Positions 1 through 10,544 of a stretch of DNA of 41,707 nt are shown in pieces. The notes under the pieces are model-generated. The model ran no database searches. It was not told the DNA's origin and saw only the letters and a program-made list of their open reading frames with translations. Origin of the DNA: Octopus bimaculoides (Eukaryota); contig NC_068991.1 in NCBI RefSeq assembly GCF_001194135.2, positions 50,775,287 to 50,816,993 on the forward strand, given 5' to 3'. A program made the translations under genes and the position numbers. Numbering within the stretch: the first letter of the stretch is position 1; the number at the start of each line of letters is the position of its first letter.

Positions 1-387
1 GCTTTCTACTGCTCTCTTTTCCTTCTCTGCTCTCTCCTTTTCATGGGAGAGTTTAATTTTGTTTTCTATTTCTAACAGTGTTAGTTTTAATTTAGCCCTT
101 TTCCTATCCTCCAGTTCTCTATTTAACTGGTTTGAGACCTTTGTTCTGTGTCTCATAAGGATTTTCCTGTCTCTAGGAATTCTATTGGCATGTTTGCTGG
201 TCTTTCTATATGGCACGTATTTGGTGCATATGTCTTGTATGGTTGACATAAAATGACTTAGTTTGAGGTCATTGTCTTGTATAGAAAGGCTGTCATGCCA
301 GTTTTGATTTCGAATCTCTCTGCGAATTGACTTCCAGTCCGCCCCGTGGAAATTCAGGTTGGATATTGCTTGAGTCCTCCTGGTGGG
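1..387 (-). mobile_element. CR1/L2-clade LINE ORF2 fragment (linker between endonuclease and RT)
   Basis: Manual translation 387->1 is stop-free for 129 codons: PTRRTQAISNLNFHGADWKSIRREIRNQNWHDSL...IQDICTKYVPYRK...EKEKRAVES. Fits the NFxxADW...W...F...I...VP.RK pattern of CR1-like ORF2. Not in the ORF track; runs off the window edge. Confidence 0.75.
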
Positions 388-628
388 AGAGAGAGAGAGA
401 GAGAGATAAATGGATAAAATTTCAATTATTGCAACCAAATGTTCTTTTTTTAAACCAATGACACTCATATAATAATTTTTTGCAGGGGGCTCACATCACT
501 TTCACATCTCTCTCTCACACACATGCATACACACACACGCACTCACGCACATGTGCACACAAGCATACATACATATGTATATATATAAATATACATGTAT
601 ATGTGTGTATATATATATNNNNNNNNNN

Positions 629-661
<33 letters not shown>

Positions 662-859
662 TATGAGAGGTATTGGTATTCAGAAGACCCAAGGTGACAG
701 GTAGTGCTATGGAAAGAACATAGTTAAACTCTGAGTTTGATAATAATATGAGTGAGGAGTCTAATGCAGGTCTTATATGAGCATGTATATGTTAAATAGA
801 ATGAGACAACGAAGCCAGGGCTTTGTGGTATTTTCAGGACATTTATAAAGAGAAAGTTA

Positions 860-907
860 GTCTTACATCTGTTCCTGGGATATTAGGGATATCCCTTCAT
901 CAGAGAC
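860..907 (-). ncRNA. Type I hammerhead ribozyme motif, degenerate copy
   Basis: Minus strand GUCU CUGAUGA AGGGAUAU-CCCUA-AUAUCCCA GGAAC AGAU GUA AGAC; the GAAA core is mutated to GGAA. Confidence 0.65.
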
Positions 908-976
908 AATGTGAGATGGTTAAATAGAGAAAAATATTGAACTCTAGTATTTCCCTCTATTTAGCCATCTCACATC

Positions 977-1024
977 GTCTCTGAGGATGGGATATCCCTA
1001 ATATCTCAGAAACAGCTGTAAGAC
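977..1024 (+). ncRNA. Minimal type I hammerhead ribozyme, intact core
   Basis: Stem I GUCU(977-980)/AGAC(1021-1024); CUGAGGA 981-987; 8-bp stem II UGGGAUAU/AUAUCUCA; GAAA 1009-1012; palindromic stem III ACAGCUGU; GUA triplet 1018-1020. Confidence 0.8.
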
Positions 1025-1108
1025 TAACTTTCTCTTTATAAATGTCATGAAAATGCCACACAGCCTTTGCTTTGTTGTCTCATTCTATTTAACATACACA
1101 TACATACA

Positions 1109-1144
<36 letters not shown>

Positions 1145-1175
1145 TATATTTATATATATATATATATACACATAC

Positions 1176-1207
<32 letters not shown>

Positions 1208-1527
1208 NNNNNNNNNNNNNNNNNNNNNNNNNNNNNNNNNNNNNNNNNNNNNNNNNNNNNNNNNNNNNNNNNNNNNNNNNNNNNNNNNNNNNNNNNNNNN
1301 NNNNNNNNNNNNNNNNNNNNNNNNNNNNNNNNNNNNNNNNNNNNNNNNNNNNNNNNNNNNNNNNNNNNNNNNNNNNNNNNNNNNNNNNNNNNNNNNNNNN
1401 NNNNNNNNNNNNNNNNNNNNNNNNNNNNNNNNNNNNNNNNNNNNNNNNNNNNNNNNNNNNNNNNNNNNNNNNNNNNNNNNNNNNNNNNNNNNNNNNNNNN
1501 NNNNNNNNNNNNNNNNNNNNNNNNNNN

Positions 1528-1890
1528 CTGACCTTGTCTACAGAATTCATATTTTTTCTGTCCAAGTGATTTTGAAGGTTGCGGAATAAATAATAATCAG
1601 ATGGGGCAATGTTTGGCAAACATGGTGGGTGGGGCATCATTTTCCATTCAAACTGCTCCAGCCTTTGAAATGTCATTCTCACTGTATGTGGCCGAGAACA
1701 CCTTTCATCCTGAAACCAAAGTTGGTGCTTTTTCCTTCTAGCATTGACTTAAACCACCCAAATTGCTTGCAGTAGATCTCCTTTATTGTTTGGTTTGGGT
1801 TTAAAAGTTCAAAGTGGACTAAACCTTTCATATCCCACCAAACAGATAATAACACCTAATGTGGGCAAAGACCTTTACCATGGGGTGCTA
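1528..1890 (-). mobile_element. Mariner transposase fragment (C-terminal half), decayed
   Basis: VLLSVWWDMKGLVHFELL ... RPHTVRMTFQRLEQFEWKMMPHPPCLPNIAPSDYYLFRNLQNHL (cf. HPPYSPDLAPSDY); cut by an N gap. Confidence 0.85.
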
Positions 1891-2033
1891 AATACAAGGT
1901 AAAATTACTACCTTCTTTTACAGCAAGTTCATGCAGGTAGTTTATCCCGTCAACCCTGTGATTTTTAGTTCATGCAACTGAAAAAAAACACATTATTTAT
2001 GTGATGACCCAATATATACATATATTTATGAAA

Positions 2034-2297
2034 GAGGCAAGCTGGCAGAACCATTGCCGCACTGGGCAAAATGCTTAGCAGTATTTTGTCCATCTCTATG
2101 TTCTGAGTTCATATTATGCTGATGTCATCTTTACTTTACATGCTTTTGGGCTTGATAAAATTAGTACCATTTTAGTACCAATTAGTACCATTTTAGTACA
2201 AAATTAGTACCGATAGGGTTAATGTACTTGACTATTAAGGCAGTGCTTCAGCATAGCCACAGTCAAAGAACTGAAGCAAGTAAAAGAATAAAAGAAT
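2034..2297 (+). mobile_element. Chimeric SINE: family B head/body joined to family A 3' tail
   Basis: GGCAAGCTGGCAGAA...GTTCTGAGTTCA...TTTACTTTACATGCTTTTGGGCTTGATAAAATTAGTACC, then GACTATTAAGGCAGTGCTTCAGCATAGCCACAGTCAA...CAAGTAAAAGAATAAAAG. Confidence 0.6.
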
Positions 2298-2376
2298 ATA
2301 TATATATATATATATATAAGGTTATATATATATAACCTTACCATTGCTCTCTTTATCTTTTTATTTTTATATATTT

Positions 2377-2410
<34 letters not shown>

Positions 2411-3009
2411 TCAGATATATATATANNNNNNNNNNNNNNNNNNNNNNNNNNNNNNNNNNNNNNNNNNNNNNNNNNNNNNNNNNNNNNNNNNNNNNNNNNN
2501 NNNNNNNNNNNNNNNNNNNNNNNNNNNNNNNNNNNNNNNNNNNNNNNNNNNNNNNNNNNNNNNNNNNNNNNNNNNNNNNNNNNNNNNNNNNNNNNNNNNN
2601 NNNNNNNNNNNNNNNNNNNNNNNNNNNNNNNNNNNNNNNNNNNNNNNNNNNNNNNNNNNNNNNNNNNNNNNNNNNNNNNNNNNNNNNNNNNNNNNNNNNN
2701 NNNNNNNNNNNNNNNNNNNNNNNNNNNNNNNNNNNNNNNNNNNNNNNNNNNNNNNNNNNNNNNNNNNNNNNNNNNNNNNNNNNNNNNNNNNNNNNNNNNN
2801 NNNNNNNNNNNNNNNNNNNNNNNNNNNNNNNNNNNNNNNNNNNNNNNNNNNNNNNNNNNNNNNNNNNNNNNNNNNNNNNNNNNNNNNNNNNNNNNNNNNN
2901 NNNNTGTAAGCCAAAAACTGTAAAAATATGACATTAATGTTTATTTCCTCAACCAATTCAACTGCTTGAAGGATGATCCAGAAATAAATTCAGTCTCTGA
3001 TGGCATAAA

Positions 3010-3187
3010 AGACACGCGGATGTATTAGATGCATCCCAATTTCAGCAGCACATTTTTAGGAAAAGAATGTTTTTATTGCTTTAAAACTTATGAAAGACCC
3101 AACTTTGCATATAGAACTCAGGGTGATTTTTTTGGAGACATTTATTTTGAAAAAAAAAGTGCTTCTTATATGCCATAAAAAATGGTA
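3010..3187. mobile_element. Tc2/pogo-like MITE end, decayed
   Basis: AAAAAAAAGTGCTTCTTATATGCCATAAAAAATGGTA and ATTAGATGCATCCCAATTTCAGCAGCACATTTTTAGG resemble TcMar-Tc2/pogo termini; recognised from memory only. Confidence 0.4.
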
Positions 3188-3444
3188 AGTTGCAGAAACC
3201 TACACAAAATACTGTGCTGCCAACGAAAAAAAAAAAAAAAAGAAAAATCTTGGTCTCAGTTGTATTCTTTTGATAAATTTTGTTTATGCTTTTACCATTT
3301 TGATTTCCATTATTTTCAGAGTTTCAACCATTCAAATATTTATTTATTTTCCATCATTGAGGAAAATTACAAAAGATGTAGCGGAAAAAAAAATTGAATC
3401 AATACTTTTATATTTTAAGTAATATATTATTTTGTGGTGGAAAC

Positions 3445-3600
3445 AATGCCAGAATAGTTAAGAGGTTGATTAGCAATCACAAAGTACTGAGTTCAGTCTC
3501 ATAGTAAGGAAGTTTGGCTGTTTTTTTTATCATAGTCTTGGGTTGACTGAAGTCTTGTGAATGAAAATGTGTGGATGGAAACTGTACTGAAGCTCATCGG
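3445..3600 (+). mobile_element. SINE family A 5' half, highly decayed
   Basis: Similar to 7174-7330 (…GGGTTGACTGAAGTCTTGTGAATG…GGATGGAAACTGTACTGAAGC). Confidence 0.5.
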
Positions 3601-3994
3601 ATAGATTCAAACTGCCTAACCTTGTTACACAGAATATCCTGCTGATTCTGCTTGAGAATTCCGCGAAAGGTACAAGTGTCTGTGGAATACTCGGTCACTT
3701 GAATGAAGAGGTAGTTCAAAGAAGAATTAAAGAATTATGGCCGGAACTGGTAGAACTCCATTTTTTCCTTCCTCTTTTTTTTTACTTGTTTCAATGAAAT
3801 AATTGCATCATTTTTGTGAGAACATTTCTGGTGTCAGAGAAGCGAATATTTTTACCTGGGCATTGAACCTGATCCTGGCATTGTCAGAGGATATGGAAAC
3901 TGGAATATTTTAAGATATATTGTTTTAACTCTCTTCTACTGAATTGTCATTAGACGGTGGCCATGCTGGGGCACCACCTTCAAGGGTTTTAAAT

Positions 3995-4213
3995 CATTGA
4001 TTCTCAAATGGGGTTCACATGACCTTTGGGGGTCCAAATTAAATTTCAACAATTTTTAACAAAACATTTTAACATTTTTTTAATACTATCTCTAATAATA
4101 TTTAATTATAAAAACATAATGGTATTTTGTTTAAGCATCAAATGGCTATCGGGGTCCAGAAGAGTAAAATAGGAATCAAAAGCATCCATAGGTAAGAAAA
4201 TGGCTGAGAACCA
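3995..4213. mobile_element. hAT/Charlie-like MITE
   Basis: CATTGATTCTCAAA at left and GGCTGAGAACCA at right form imperfect TIRs; internal GGGGTCCA motifs. Confidence 0.45.
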
Positions 4214-4580
4214 TCATCATCATCATCACTGTCGTCGTTTAACGTCTGCTTTCCATGCTAGAATGGATTGGACGATTTGACTGAGGACTGGTGAAACCAG
4301 ATGGCTACACCAGGCTCCAATCTGATTTGGCAGAGTTTCTACATCTGGATGCCCTTCCTAACGCCAACCACTCCGAAAGTGTAGTGGGTGCTTTTACGTG
4401 CCACCGGCACGAAGGCCAGTCAGGCGGTACTAGCAATGGTCACGCTCAAAATGGTGTATTTTACGTGCCACCTGCACAAGAGCAATGATCTCGCTCGAAA
4501 GTCCTTACACATGCCGCGGGCACAAGTGCCAGAAAGGCGACGCTGGGCACAGGTGCCATCACGATTTTGCTTTCAGATAA
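4213..4580 (-). mobile_element. SINE-like family C (internal GTGCCACGTAAAAGCACC units, (GAT)n tail)
   Basis: (CAT)n-GTTTAACGTCTGCTTTCCATGCTAG...GGATGCCCTTCCTAACGCCAACCACTC; reverse complement of 41445-41707. Confidence 0.8.
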
Positions 4581-4680
4581 TCATATTGAACTCCCAGTAC
4601 TTAAGTTAGAAGAAATAAAGGGACACTATATAACCACATTCATAAAACAAAAGCAAAAGTGCACATGTACACACCATACA

Positions 4681-4721
<41 letters not shown>

Positions 4722-4728
4722 ATACACA

Positions 4729-4815
4729 TGAAGAGGTGCTGAAAAGTTCCTAGCTTTAAGGGTATTTTAAAAGGACTGGTTGGAGGCCTAACCTTCCAAG
4801 TTCTTTTACAGAGCT
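4729..4815 (+). mobile_element. Mariner-derived MITE end
   Basis: GAGGTGCTGAAAAGTTCCTAGCTTTAAGGGTATT...CCAAGTTCTTTTACAG; same family at 12381-12545. Confidence 0.6.
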
Positions 4816-4924
4816 CTGTGTATTTTAAAAAATTATATACTTAGTATTAATTTTTTACCATAATTGGTTTTACACATTGGCTACTTGATAAAATCTTATA
4901 TAGATTTTATCGTTATATTTAATT

Positions 4925-4954
<30 letters not shown>

Positions 4955-4956
<2 letters not shown>

Positions 4957-6245
4957 AGAGGTGTTCACTAAAGATTTCCCTCGACCCACTTCTGGTTATT
5001 GCAGGAAATGGAATTTCAACAGATATAATTATACATGTCTCTATATGTCACATTGTAAATTGCAGCTTTCCACTAGTATTTGTTTATCCTTTATGGCTGC
5101 TGAAGTGGATTAAGGTGTTATAATGGAGGCAATTGAATGCAGATCAGTGATCAGGTTCTTATACTTGAAAGGTAGAACACCAAAAGAGACTTTTGATGAG
5201 ACGAAAGAAGTTTATGGTGATGATGCACCATCCTATGGCATAGTCAAGCATTGGCATCACCAGTTTAAATGTGGTTGGACATTGATGCAAACTGCTGCTA
5301 TTCCTGGATGACTACATTCCGCCGTTGATGATGACACCATCCATAATGTGGAAGCCACCATTTTGGAGGATTGCCACATAACTATTTGACAACTAGTCAA
5401 AGAAGTGAAGATAAGTGTGAGGTCCATGGATAAAATCATTCACGACCATTTGCACATGCAGAAGTTGTCTGCATGATGGATTCCCCAGATGCTCACACCT
5501 TTTCAGAAGCAGGAACATGTCAATTGCTCTGAGGCTCTTTTGGCAATGTGTCAAGAAAACGAGGGGAACTTTTTTGGCAGACTTATCACACAAGATGAAA
5601 CATGGGTCCATCACTATGATCCTGAGACTATTTTCCAGTTGAAGCACAGGAAGTATGATAACTCACCACCTCCAAAGAAGGCACATATCAAACCCTCAGC
5701 AGGCAAGGTGATGCTCAGTCTTTTGGGACCAGTATAGAATAGCGATGATGGATTTTCTGGCAAAGGGCACCACAATCAGTGGGGCATATTATGCTTCTCT
5801 GCTGCAGAAATTGCAGGATGCCATCAAAGCAGGGAGGCATGGTGTGCTGACAAAAGGAGTCCACCTCCTCCAAGATAACTCTCCCTAGTTCACAATGTGC
5901 ATGGTGCCCAGATGAAAGCATACTCTTGTGGCTACGAAATCCCTCCTTATTCCCCTTACTTTCCTGACCTTGCACCATCTGACTTCTACCTCTTTCCAAC
6001 CATGAAGCATTTTTTGAAGGGGAAGCACTTTTTGGATGATGATGAACTTATTTCCGAAGTAAAGTCTTGGCTGACACAACCTACCGACTTCTACAGATGA
6101 GGTCTTTCCAGCTGCATAAAGCAATGGAAGAAGTATGTCACCATTAGTGATGGTTATGTAGAGAAATATTAATAATTATGCCAAGTTTTGTTTATCCCAG
6201 TCCTTGGGAAGTAGCTCAGAGCAAATCTTTAATGAACACCCCACA
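4955..6245 (+). mobile_element. Full-length (about 1.29 kb) DD34D mariner, irritans-like, transposase pseudogenised
   Basis: Imperfect TIRs of about 35 bp (GAGGTGTTCACTAAAGATTTCCCTCGACCCACTTC vs reverse complement of GAAGTAGCTCAGAGCAAATCTTTAATGAACACCCC), TA at 6246-6247. Transposase from ATG 5123 (MEAIECRSVIRFLYLKG...WIPQML...QDETWVHHYDPE...QDN...YFPDLAPSDF); 34 residues between the 2nd and 3rd Asp after removing a 2-nt insertion; in-frame stops and frameshifts. Confidence 0.95.
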
Positions 6246-6332
6246 TATATTATTTAGAACTGTTATTTCCTATTTGTAGTAATAACACTTCTTAATTCTC
6301 TTTCCAGGCTCTTTTTAAAACACACAAATATA

Positions 6333-6421
6333 CAACGGGCTTCTTTCAGTTTCAATTTGCCAAATCCCCCATCTCCAATGTGGTTGGGAAGCAAACCTCT
6401 TACGACACAGCCATGCCTGCA
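6333..6421 (-). mobile_element. SINE family A head, internally deleted
   Basis: GGGCTTCTTTCAGTTTC...TGTGGTTGGGAAGCAAACCTCTTACGACACAGCCATGCCTGC. Confidence 0.7.
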
Positions 6422-6912
6422 CTTAACTGCTTTATCTATTTTACAGATTATATTGGACATTGGAGTACAAAATGAAATGAACCATATAATCATAAAATAA
6501 TAGTATTGCTTTGAAGAATTCTTTCTTGAGTTTTCCTACTTCAAAATTAGATCTTCTAAGTCTAAATTGTGAAATTAGATTTTAGATTAAAAAAATCTAT
6601 CCAGAAAATTTCCTTCCTGAAATCAACAGAACTTTTGTCAACCCTACCTAGAAACCATTCCAGAATTCCTTTGGAGGAAGAGGAAAGGTATGCCTGAATG
6701 GGAGTTCTTAAGAGGAAGGCCAAGTAGAAAGCTGTGAGATGTTATGATAAAGTTAAGAACCCTGTCATTGACAGAGAAGCTGGTTTATTGCTACAAGATA
6801 AGTTAGAGTTGTTGTGTCCATATATAGATTAAAAGATATAGATATACAAAGGAAGACAGTGAAAGATATACACACAAATACACACATACACACACATGTA
6901 TGTATGTATGCA

Positions 6913-7143
6913 TGTGGAAGGGAGTGTGATTCAGCAGGAGGACTTAAACGACATGCAAAGTTACATGGAGCCCAATTACAACAACAGCCAGCTATTGTCA
7001 GTAAAGGTTTTGGATGCCAACTCTGTGCAAGACATTGTAGATCTTTGGCTGGGTTAAAAAGTCACATTCGATCACAGCACCGTTAAGTTAAGCTTCATGC
7101 AATGACCATACTCCATAACGAGGGGGCAGCCATCATATCATCA
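6913..7143 (+). mobile_element. Probable RTE-clade LINE 3' end with C2H2 zinc-finger motifs
   Basis: CGRECDSAGGLKRHAKLH...CQLCARHCRSLAGLKSHIRSQHR*, then a short 3' UTR and a CAT-repeat tail; no TGEKP linker; 5' end abuts a microsatellite. Confidence 0.6.
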
Positions 7144-7173
7144 TGTATGTATGCATGTATTTATGTAGTTATA

Positions 7174-7590
7174 GGCATAGGCATGGTGTGTGGTAAGAAG
7201 CTTGCTTCCCAACCACATGATTCCAGGTTCAGTCCCACTGCATATTACCTTAGACAAAAGTCTTCTATTACAACCTCAGGCCGACCAAAGCCTTGTGAGT
7301 GGATTTGGTAGACAGAAACTGAAAGAAGCTCATTGTATATACATACATATATGTGTGTGTGTGTGTGTGTGTGTATTTGTATTTGTCCCTCACCACTGCT
7401 TCTCAACCAATGTTTGTGTGTTTACATCCCTGTAACATTAGCAGTTCAGTAAAAGAGATTGATAGACTAAGTACCAGGTTTAAAAATAAAACAAATTACT
7501 GGGATCGATTCATTTGATTAAAAATCCTCCAGAGCAGCACCCTAAAATGGCCACTGTCTAATCCCTGAAACAAGTAAAAGATAAAAGAAA
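7174..7590 (+). mobile_element. SINE family A, full length (tRNA-like head, CORE-like block, internal (TG)n, AAGTAAAAG tail)
   Basis: TGTGGTAAGAAGC (A-box-like), GGTTCAGTCCC (B-box-like), ACCTTAGACAAAAGTCTTCTATTACAACCTC (cf. CORE ACCTTGGGCAAGT), tail AAACAAGTAAAAGATAAAAG. Possibly one of the published octopus OR-type SINEs; not verified. Confidence 0.85.
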
Positions 7591-7646
7591 AAATATGTAT
7601 GTATGTATGTATACATGTATGAAAGTATGAATGTAAGCATGCATGC

Positions 7647-8100
7647 ATGTATCACCATGACCACCATGACCACCACAACCAGGACGACGACGACGACTAC
7701 CACCACCACCACCACCACCAGCACCATGACCACCACGACGAAGACGACAATGACGACGATGATGACTACGACTACGACGACAATGACGACGACCACCACC
7801 ACCATCGTTTAATGTCCGCTTTCCATGCTGGCATGGGTGGTTTGACTGTGGACTTGCAGGCTGGGAGGCTGCACCAGGCTCCAATCTGATTTGGCAAGGC
7901 TTCTACAGCTGGATGCCCTTTCTAATGCACTTCAAGAGTGTAGTGGGTGCTTTTCATGTGCTACTAGCATGGGTACCAGTCAGGTGACACTGGCATTGGT
8001 TATGCTCAAATGCTGCTTCTTACATTCCACCAACACAGGTGCCAGTCAGGCAGCACTTGGCATCAGCCACGACTATGATTTCACTTGGTTCAACAGGTCT
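7647..8100 (-). mobile_element. SINE-like family C whose tail has expanded into a compound trinucleotide array
   Basis: CAC/GAC/GAT array 7647-7805 is contiguous with CATCGTTTAATGTCCGCTTTCCATGCTGGCATGGG. Confidence 0.8.
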
Positions 8101-8109
8101 TTGCATGCA

Positions 8110-8297
8110 TGGTATATTCTTTTCTACTCTAGGCACAAGGCCCTAAAATTGTTCGGGAGGGGGCCAGTTGATTAGATTCCCCCCACCAGCATGCAACTGG
8201 TACTTAATTTGTCGACCCCCCAACCCTAACCTTAACCTTAATCCTAACCCTAAAGGATGAAAGGCAAAGTCAACCTTGGCGGAATTTGAACTCAGAA
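8110..8297 (-). mobile_element. SINE family B with a telomere-like insertion
   Basis: GGCACAAGGCC...CAACTGGTACTTAATTTGTCGACCCC[insert 8222-8253]AAAGGATGAAAGGCAAAGTCAACCTTGGCGGAATTTGAACTCAGAAC. Confidence 0.8.
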
Positions 8298-9528
8298 CAG
8301 CTGATGATTGAAGGGTACTTTGTATGTATGTATACATCTATGCATGTATGTACGTACACATATATATNNNNNNNNNNNNNNNNNNNNNNNNNNNNNNNNN
8401 NNNNNNNNNNNNNNNNNNNNNNNNNNNNNNNNNNNNNNNNNNNNNNNNNNNNNNNNNNNNNNNNNNNNNNNNNNNNNNNNNNNNNNNNNNNNNNNNNNNN
8501 NNNNNNNNNNNNNNNNNNNNNNNNNNNNNTGCATGCATGTATATATGTATGTATGTATACATCTATGCATGTATGTATATATGTATGTATATATTAATGT
8601 ATGCATCTGTGTATATGTATGTGTACATATGCATACATCTATGCATGTATGTAAGTATGTATGCATTTTTGTATGTATACGTGTGTAAGCGTACCTTTTC
8701 TCTCTAAGGTAGAAAGAGATTAGTTAACAAAATACAAAGATTTTTATAGTTTGCAGCAACAATGAAATATTGTAATTTTGTCTTAGAATCAGACGTTACA
8801 GTTTGAAACAATAGTTTAGGGATGTAGATACAGTTACCATAGGTTTCCATTAGAATCAGAATCTGTAGTTTGGTTGATGTAGATAGTGCAGTTAAAATTT
8901 CATATCTTTAAATATTTAGCTTTTTTGTTAAATTAAAATTCCACTGCTTCATATCATATTTAAGTACTACAGTTTGTATGTGGCATTTATACATCTTAGT
9001 ATATGCCACATTTAAACATTAAGTTTCTAGTTGTATTTAAATATCAGGCTTAGATCATCATAAAAAAAAACAGTAAATTAATTTCATTTCCTTCCAAGGC
9101 TAATCTGTTTAAGTGAGTTGATATTTGCTAAGAATTATTATGGAAAAGATGACCTTTTTAAGCATTTGAAGAGTGTTTGATGAAAGAATGAATTAGCAAA
9201 CTAAAGTTTGATCTCCTTCAGGTTTTGAAAAGATCATAAAGTGAAATATTAAAACTGAAATTGGGATTAATTAAAATTATAGAGCTTCAATGACAGTAAA
9301 GCATGTTGAATGATCTCCACAGAAAAATTGCCTTCGTAATAAAACAATCTTTTTTTTTTTTAAATTTAACCCTATCATATACAGTACTGACATTATGTTG
9401 AGACATATTTTTCTATGCAGTCCCACTAAATAAAGCTAAAATGGCTTATTATGATTAAAATCAATTTGAAACAGCTTGCCTGTTGTTAACATCTGTGGTT
9501 TGACAAGGAGGTTTAATCCTTTAACCCT

Positions 9529-9971
9529 TTAACCCTTTAGCATTTAAATTAGCCATATCCAGTCCAAATATGCTACCTGCATCATGCTCTAGCTAGCTAG
9601 ATCCAGCCTATTACACTTACTCTTTAATGCCATTATAAAATATACAATCACATCATCAAAATGTTAAAGCTAGAAAATAATGCATGATTAATTCAAAACA
9701 ATGTGAATGAAAAAGCATTATATTTAACAGAATAATCTGAATACTAAGGAGTTAACATTTAGACTATTCAGTCAAATGTAATGCATAGTTATTCACATTG
9801 TTTTGAATTAAGCATGCATTATCTTGTGGCTTTGAGATTTCAATGATGTGATTGCTTATTTTTATTATGATTTTATAGGGTAGGTGTGAAAGACTGGATC
9901 TGGCTGGTTTGAACATAAAACATGTAGAATATTTGGGCCAGATATGGCTGGCTTAAATACTAAAGGGTTAA
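9529..9971. mobile_element. Two TTAA-flanked piggyBac-like MITE copies in inverted orientation sharing a central TTAA
   Basis: Unit 1 9529-9755 (TTAACCCTTTAGCATT...ATACTAAGGAGTTAA); unit 2 9752-9971 (TTAACATTTAG...ATACTAAAGGGTTAA); internal AATTCAAAACAATGTGAAT mirrored as ATTCACATTGTTTTGAATT. Confidence 0.75.
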
Positions 9972-10544
9972 TGTGTAGTATTACCAACATGTCCTTTGTT
10001 GAGACTCTTATGGACTTTCTAAGTGTATTAAATACCATTAACAAGAGTGGTTGGAATGGAAAGGCATGTAAGCAGGTTTCTACAAGAGTGGCTTGGCCCT
10101 TGGTTTGGTTTTACAAATGTTGGATTGTATAGCACTACTGCAAACCCTCAGATACCTTTAACATAACTGGTAGAAAATTTTAAGGTAACATATTATACCA
10201 TATAATGCTACAGAATGTGATTGATTCCTTGGATCATGCAGTCCAACCAAAAATATTTTACAGAAAGGAAAATGAGTTTCGGAAGAGCTGTTGTGATGGC
10301 AGAGACTACCTTGGAAATGAAAGAGGTGTTAGGTGTGGTGCCGAACACATGTATGACATTTGGATGGACACAGAACACAGAGAGATCCCACCAGTATCAC
10401 AAAGGGAATTGAGATATGGAGAGTAAAGGTATTAGAAAAGAAAAGTGTTTCAGGTAGTAGGGAATAACTTGTTTGATAGAATATGCAATATTTATATTTT
10501 GTTTTATAAAGTCAGATATTTTTTGTAATAGCTCATTATATTTG

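Larger units (their letters stand above)
784..1100. mobile_element. Palindromic non-coding element (about 150-bp arms) carrying two outward-facing hammerhead motifs
   Basis: 784-936 is the reverse complement of 948-1100 (about 16 mismatches by hand count), with an 11-nt spacer; lies next to TA/CA microsatellite. Confidence 0.85.

Noticed and set aside
4281-4300. CTGAGGA-CTGGT-GAAA hammerhead-like string
   Set aside because: The 5-nt spacer cannot form stem II, and other family C copies lack the motif.
7542-7889. His/Asp-rich, poly-Thr and poly-Val ORFs resembling metal-binding or mucin proteins
   Set aside because: All derive from the trinucleotide-expanded tail of a family C element; no splice or start context.
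10205-10426. Overlapping 63-73-aa ORFs
   Set aside because: No recognisable motif in any frame and no paired splice sites.
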